Below are positions 58,001 through 64,000 of a stretch of DNA of 64,000 nt, in pieces (within the stretch, counting starts at the first letter, position 1; every line of letters starts with the position of its first letter). This stretch comes from Tubiluchus corallicola (lineage: Eukaryota; Animalia; Priapulida), in the NCBI GenBank assembly GCA_030141605.1, contig JAQGDQ010000047.1, positions 496,001 through 560,000 of the forward strand. Reading direction: 5' to 3'. The position numbers were made by a program, and so were the translations under genes. The notes beneath the pieces are model-generated. The model did no database searches and was not told the origin of the DNA. It worked only from the letters and a program-made list of their open reading frames with translations.

Positions 58001-61000
58001 TAGTAAGTTTCCAAACACGGCAAGCATGTTCATTTGTTGTCAAGTATCAACTGATTGCAAGTTATATTGACACACACCCGCACGCACGCACGCACATGCG
58101 CACATACAAGCGTTCGCGACGCAGTTGGTATTCTTGTAAATTGTTTGTCACTACTATAATTTGACCCAGATTGTAGACTTGTGGTCAATATTTCGCCAGC
58201 GTCTAGTGGTGCGGTATTCTCTAATGATTTCACTTCATGTTGTGTTTATTATATAGCCCATTCAGCGTGGTGTAGTTGACACGCACTCCTTGTATTCTGG
58301 TCACAGACTTTCTGCTTCTTAAGTCAGTTTTCCTCTGGATCTGAAGTGTTATTTTTTTAATTTAATTTACAGTAACAAACTGTTTTATATTATGATTTGA
58401 GAGTCACACTGCAGGGGACTCGATCCCAATTGTCCCATCGGTATTACAACACATCACATAGTCCTCCTTCACTTTTGCACTGCTCGATAATCTTGGCTTT
58501 TACACGTTTTTTACAGCTTAAAGTCCCGCAAAAGAGAAAAAGTAACCATTGCCTAAACATAAGCATCGTTGAAAGACGTTAGCAGTCTAATGATAAAACT
58601 TGCCAGAAACGCCTTTGCATGGACAGAATCATAGAAAGGTCCTAAAAATTCATATAAGACATCCGATGCTGGCCGGTGTTTCTTTGCTGTAAAATGCGTT
58701 ACTTTTACTTGCCTCCTCAAAATTAGATTCTTTTTATAAATCTAATATTCGATTTAAAATTGGCATTACCTTTAGCCAAAGTGTATTTTGGATTTTTGGT
58801 AAATAAATTATCTGTTATTGAGTACAAAATAAGTGCAAAAAATGTTTTTAGGTGACATTACCCAAAAGGGTTTTGAAAAGAAGCGAGCCAAACTTCTAGC
58901 ACCATACTTGGTTGAAAATTCTCAGGTTCAAAGTAAGTATTATAAATTAGTTATAGTTCTGTTTCATTAAGTGTTGTTAGTCATTACTGATACAGTCCAT
59001 TTCAGAAAATGTTCAGCGACCTGATCCCTGTTTACTGCAACATCTAAAGCAACTGTGTTTGTCAATAACCAATGTGTTCCCAGAAAGTCAATACTTATCA
59101 ACTGTTGGTTTCATGTGAACAGGCACGTGATTCCTTCACTGTTCTGCTTTATATATAATACTGGGTGATATATTATTGTATGCAAGTAGTACCTGTTAAC
59201 CTATTACCGTCGCTAAAATTATTGGTAAAGTTCTAATGTAAACAAGACGCCAGGTTGTTGTTTGCGTATTATTGATTATAAACAATGATTTTGATTTGTT
59301 GTTGTTATATAATGTGTTTTATAATTGTTATTATTATTGATAATATTAGCGATGACGACAATGATGACAGTAAAAATGATAACAATGCTGATGATAATAA
59401 CAGTGGTGATAATGATAATGCTGATGGTAGTGACGAGGATGATAACACCTTTGTATTATTGAAGTTTGGTCTCGTGCAGTTTTAATCGCAAACTTTTCTC
59501 GGGCTTGGCTTGAATATAAATAATCGTTAAGTGTGTTTTACCATTATATTAACATTTTAACAGTTGCTATGCTGTGCTGCGTCAGTAACGTCACTTTGCT
59601 CAAACTCAAGACTGGAAAAGTTTACTCAAGTGACGGGTGAGGCAGCAGCAGAGGCAAAACAATTATTGCTGCTAATATTTATTATTTAGGGTACAAGGTG
59701 ATAAAGAGACACTCAGACAAAGAAATTCTACTATTGCTAATGTTTAAGCACGGGGGCGCAGAGAAAAAAACAATATTAAGTGCGAGTGATTGCAAAGGTA
59801 GCGCTGTTGATAAGGTTTAAGTACGAGTGATGCACAGCCAATGTAATTCTGTTGATAATATTTAAGTACGTGTGGTGTTACAGAGACAATGTAACTCGGT
59901 TGATAATGTTCAGGTACGAGTGATGTAGAGGCAATGTAACTGTGTTATTAACATTTAGGTGTACAGGGCAGTTAAGAGTCAAAACTTTTTTACTACTGCT
60001 GTTATTTAAGCGCGGGGTGATGCAGAGACAAAGCAACAGCACTATTGCTAATATTTATTTAGACAAAGCGGTTTTACTATCACTAATATTTAAGTACCCA
60101 TGTAATTCATTTGTTTTTACGAGAACATTAAAGTTTGTATTATGCTGCGTATGCTTCTCTGTGCAGCTTAATTTTTCAAAGTTTTGTGTTGAAAGCTTTT
60201 ATCCAACTAACTCGAGCTAAGCAATTTATTCTGAACCTTGCAGCTGCCTACTTTTATTATGCTGTATAATGTGCTGCTTACTTTTGTTGTGCTATATTAA
60301 CAGTCACACTGGCTGATATTAACATGCATCACCTACAAATTGCCTTCTATGTTTCTGTTAAAATTTGTAACTTGAAATTTGTGTTTTAATTGGAGTTTAC
60401 ATTCACATTTCCCATGGTTGAACTCATCTAATTTAATATTGGTGAGGTGTGAAATACTCAAATTGAAAATGAAAAAATCACGTTGTCATGTCACAGTATG
60501 GCTTTTTATATAAATAATTTTGCGACAAATTGCAAGCATATCCATGTTCAATGCAAAATATAGATTAATATTGTTATGTACACTACCCCCGTATATATAA
60601 AAAGGCGCATTTTCTTCTAATAGGTTGTTGTTCGTCAATAGCTACTAAATAATTTATTTTTAGTAAATAATTACGTTTTATAAAATGTGAGCAGATTTGT
60701 TTTGGATTAGCAGTCACTGCATTCATAATGTAGTTTTATATTATCTGTAATGTACCTGTAAACAAATACATACCAACAGCCATTCTTTGTTTATGTTATA
60801 AAATCACTTTACTAACAAACCTAAATAACTGCATGAGTGGCATGGCCATGGGTGTGAATGTGTTAACTGTGTCCTTTGTGTTTTTACAGTGTACTAACTA
60901 ACTCTAACAAACGCATTTTACATTTCATTAAATTGTATTTAACATTGATCTAACATTTTGAATATGTACTGTTGGAGGCATCAAAGTACAAATTATTAAA

Positions 61001-63225
61001 GCATCAAAGAATAGTTTTGGTCCTCATCCTCACATGCACCCCTTCGTACACTGTGTTTAAGCTCTTAATAACAGAGTATTGATTTTTGTATTTTCTTGGT
61101 GAATGGGTTATAAGACTAGTTTGTGTCCCCTTTGCTTGTTGCAGCAGTGAGCTCCACGGCGCAACAGAGCCCAACCACTCAAGCACAGCGGCGCCATCAA
61201 CGCCGAGTCACTCGTAATGAGAGTAGATATCATTCAGGTAACATTTGTCTTCTCCATTGTTTGGTAACCCGTAACCGCTCCGGTTATTTTCCTCTGTATT
61301 CCTTACGTCAGAATTTTAATTATTATCTTACTGAATTATATGTTTTGACAAATTTTAAGATAGACAAAGTCAACAAATCTCCTTTTTTGCATTGTACAGA
61401 ATCTCATGCCTCCTTTCTTTTTTCTGACAGCATTTTTTTCTGTTTTTCTCTCTCCATTTGTTTTCTTCTATGTTCCTTATCAACTGATGCCACAGTCTTG
61501 ATTATTGCCTCGCTGAATTACGTATTCTGCAAATTTTCAAATTCACACACACAACAAATCAGGTTCTTTGTGTTTTGTAGCATCCTAGCATTTCCTTTTT
61601 TCTGACTATATCCATGACATTTAACTTGCTTTAGTTAATATTGACATGTGTTCTACTTCTGTTCCTGATATACTTCCTACTGTCTGTGTTTTACAGTTTA
61701 TTAAACCGCTCTTGAAACGTCACATTTTCCTTTCCAAAGTTAAAGTCATGGTTGGCCTATTTAAAGCTGTGCAGTGTTTGGTGCTTCTTTTATGAACGAA
61801 ACTGATTGCCTTTTGGTGATACTAGTTATCACCAAGTCTTGCTTTGTAGTAGCACATTGTAGGGGTAATGGCGTTGATGCATCTATGTGGTAGAACAATT
61901 AATGATATGCAAGAAATTAACTGTTTGAGAACTTGGAACAGCAGTCTCTGGTTTCTGGGCAAACATTCTCGCTTTTTGTTCCAAAGTAGTTTAAGGCACT
62001 AACACACTTAACACTTAAGAAGAGAATAGCTTTTGAAATGAGATCACGCTTGTCATCTGCTTATATCACTTGCTCCTTGCAGACTGCTGCTCATAAGAGT
62101 ACCTTCTTGCTTAAAGAAATACAGTTTGTTAGCTGCAGTTTATTATTTGTTTTGCTCATTTGCATACGCACTTTTGCTATTGATAAAGTACCTGAACTAC
62201 ATATGCTATACTTGTATACATTGATTTTGCAGAAATTCGGCAAGAGGCCGTTCAGCAAGCATTGGCTATGCATAAACAGCAGAAGCACAACCTCCCAATG
62301 CCTTCCAAACGTTCCTCTGTAATGGCTACCAGTCCTGTGCCTCATCATGCTGATGTATCAGGTAATCCGCACTGACAACTAAAAATAATTGGAAATTGTA
62401 ACAAAAAATTACTGTATTTAAGTTATTTATATAAATATTAAAGTAACATCTGTGATTGTATATTGTATATCTCACTATTGTATATTTCAGAATAATAATA
62501 TGAAGCTAGTGAAGACTCTTAATGGAGTTTAGTGTTGAAATGTTCTGAATTCTTGATAAAAATATACTCTTAGGAAGTAATAGATGTGTAATTTTATAAG
62601 GAAATGGATACTAAAGGGCTATAAGTTAAAGCTTAAATTATTGCTCTGTATACTGGGCATATCCAGCCAATGTGACAACTTTAGATAAATATGTTTTCCA
62701 TACTTTGTTTATTATCGAATATCATTTTTCATGCTTATTTTTTAGATTCTTCTAGTGAAGATGACGATAGTATGTATGATGATGGCTCACGTGAACGGGA
62801 TCGACAGCAGAGGGAACAGAAAGAAATACAGCAACAGCAACGGCAACTTCATCATATTCAAGTTCAGCAACAACATACACAACAACAGCTTCACCATAAT
62901 CAAGTTCAGCAACAACAGCAGCAGCAACAAACATCACAGCCAAATCTTGCACATGACCACCGAAGACCACCAAGGCCAGCAGTCCTTCGTTCTCAGTCCC
63001 AGTTACCGCCTCCACCTAATGAGCCGTCACCAGTTTGCCCAACACGGCCTAGTTTATTACCGGACCCGAGTGTGAGTGAGTCCACTCCCAACGGTGCAAC
63101 AACCCGTGAACGGACTCAGATGGAGCGAGCGATAAATAGTTTAGCTGAATTTTTGCAGGAGGCGACTAGGATTGATCGGAACAGGAACACTCTAGCTGAT
63201 GTGATGATCCAGGACTCAAGGCAGT
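43007..63225 (+). CDS. DIP2: DIP2 (disco-interacting protein 2 homolog), first five coding exons; gene continues beyond the window
   Basis: Exons 43007-43091, 58852-58932, 61145-61237, 62233-62361 and 62746-63225, all phase-1 GT-AG joins. DMAP1-binding motif LPQEVRERLAELELELSEGDITQKGFEKKRAKLLAPY, then RYHSEIRQEAVQQAL and LPMPSKR. Confidence 0.95.
51870..52270 (-). mobile_element. Possible decayed Myb/SANT (trihelix) ORF of a Harbinger-type transposon in DIP2 intron 1
   Basis: Frameshifted pieces ..NKIQYDGWNAAA.. and MRTAGYSSTTDKSKQ resemble the W..IA..M...GY..T..QC trihelix pattern; weak match. Confidence 0.3.
58852..58932 (+). CDS. DIP2: DIP2 exon 2 (GDITQKGFEKKRAKLLAPYLVENSQVQ)
   Basis: TTTTTAG acceptor, GTAAGT donor. 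Confidence 0.95.
59300..59445. repeat. Degenerate (GAT/AAT/GAC)n microsatellite
   Basis: GATGACGACAATGATGAC...GATAATGATAATGCTGATGGTAGTGACGAGGATGATAAC. Confidence 0.8.
59630..60100. repeat. Degenerate ~45-50-bp minisatellite (about 9-10 units) in DIP2 intron 2
   Basis: Unit approximately TGTTGATAATATTTAAGTACGAGTGATGCAGAGGCAATGTAACTC, clearest at 59804-59945. Confidence 0.8.
61145..61237 (+). CDS. DIP2: DIP2 exon 3 (..QRRHQRRVTRNESRYHS)
   Basis: Tandem CAGCAG acceptor (alternative start 61148), donor G|GTAAC. Confidence 0.9.
62233..62361 (+). CDS. DIP2: DIP2 exon 4 (EIRQEAVQQALAMHKQQKHNLPMPSKRSSVM..)
   Basis: TTTTGCAG acceptor, G|GTAAT donor, conserved peptide. Confidence 0.93.
62746..63225 (+). 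CDS. DIP2: DIP2 exon 5 (DSSSEDD..., Q/H/P-rich low-complexity region)
   Basis: TTTTTAG acceptor, T|GTAAGT donor, 480 bp, in phase. Confidence 0.88.
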
Positions 63226-64000
63226 GTAAGTACTCAGACTCAGGCATATAGCTTATAGTTGTTGGCTGCTTATCTTTTAAACAAGTTTTCAAGTTGCTCT
63301 CACTTTTGCCTTTAGTCTTAACTATGCTCTAAGTTTGCCATTGCCCTCACTTCCTGATTCTCTGTTTACTTATGTACAACTAAATTTCTTTTGGTACCTT
63401 TTGTTAGTATACATAGAGTTCAGAAATATGTTTAACCATGCCTAGACGTGGAGTTCTATAGGGCACTGTCAAAAAGACATGCCAAAATCTTAGGAGTGAA
63501 AACATGTTTTGTAGATAGGCAACCTTATATGGTGTGTTCTTTTAATTCACTCTGAGGGTTAAAACTTATAAATAAAGTTTATGATTGTGACATCACATAT
63601 TTTGGTTTTGGTTCTTGTAACAGGATGTTTAGTCTTTCCCATGTGATTTACATTTGCCTAAATAACGTAAACATTGCGGCAGGTGACATACGTTTATCAG
63701 ACTTGGGATATCCTGTGACTCACATCATTTGCGGTAGTAAAGATTTTATTTGGGCTACTTTTCGTGAAATTAACGGTGTTTAATATGCTTTGCTTGCTGG
63801 ATGATAGTGTGCTTTTTCTAAATTTAACGATAAAGTATAGAACATACAGAAACGTTCTTAAATAATACTTTGCTTAAGCATATTATGTGATACTTTTGTC
63901 AATTTTCTCATTTTTGTCAAAACTTGTAATGGATATTATACGATATGTAGCAACTATAGCTCAGCCACCGCCAGATATAACTAGCAATACAAACACTCAA

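Noticed and set aside
43092-58851. Numerous 60-140 aa ORFs in DIP2 intron 1 and other intergenic regions
   Set aside because: No recognisable domains, frequent non-ATG starts, and lengths expected by chance in AT-rich DNA.
59285-59485. 66-aa Asp/Asn-rich ORF
   Set aside because: Translation of a GAT/AAT microsatellite within DIP2 intron 2.

Overview
AT-rich, intron- and transposon-rich eukaryotic DNA, almost certainly from an invertebrate animal; the species cannot be determined from the sequence. Protein-coding content: (1) an intronless MYND zinc-finger gene (577-1311, +) with an in-frame TAG in the middle of the finger; (2) CNPPD1 (- strand, six coding exons 14236-21806, first exon not located); (3) a single-exon ~1000-aa DUF4062 + NACHT/STAND NTPase (32616-35606, +) whose C-terminus has the cysteine spacing of the PHF5A/Rds3 triple zinc knot instead of TPR/WD40 repeats; (4) the first five coding exons of DIP2 (43007-63225, +, continuing beyond the window). 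One intact tRNA-Trp(CCA) gene. Repeats include a 1.6-kb long inverted repeat with two smaller palindromic elements in its loop, a deleted hAT transposon, several MITEs and many decayed LINEs. The most striking repeat structure is a solo-LTR-like insert (39082-41014) inside a CR1-type LINE. It holds four co-oriented non-LTR retrotransposon 3' ends stacked at one site and separated by copies of TTCTACCTC. All calls are by eye; no searches were run.
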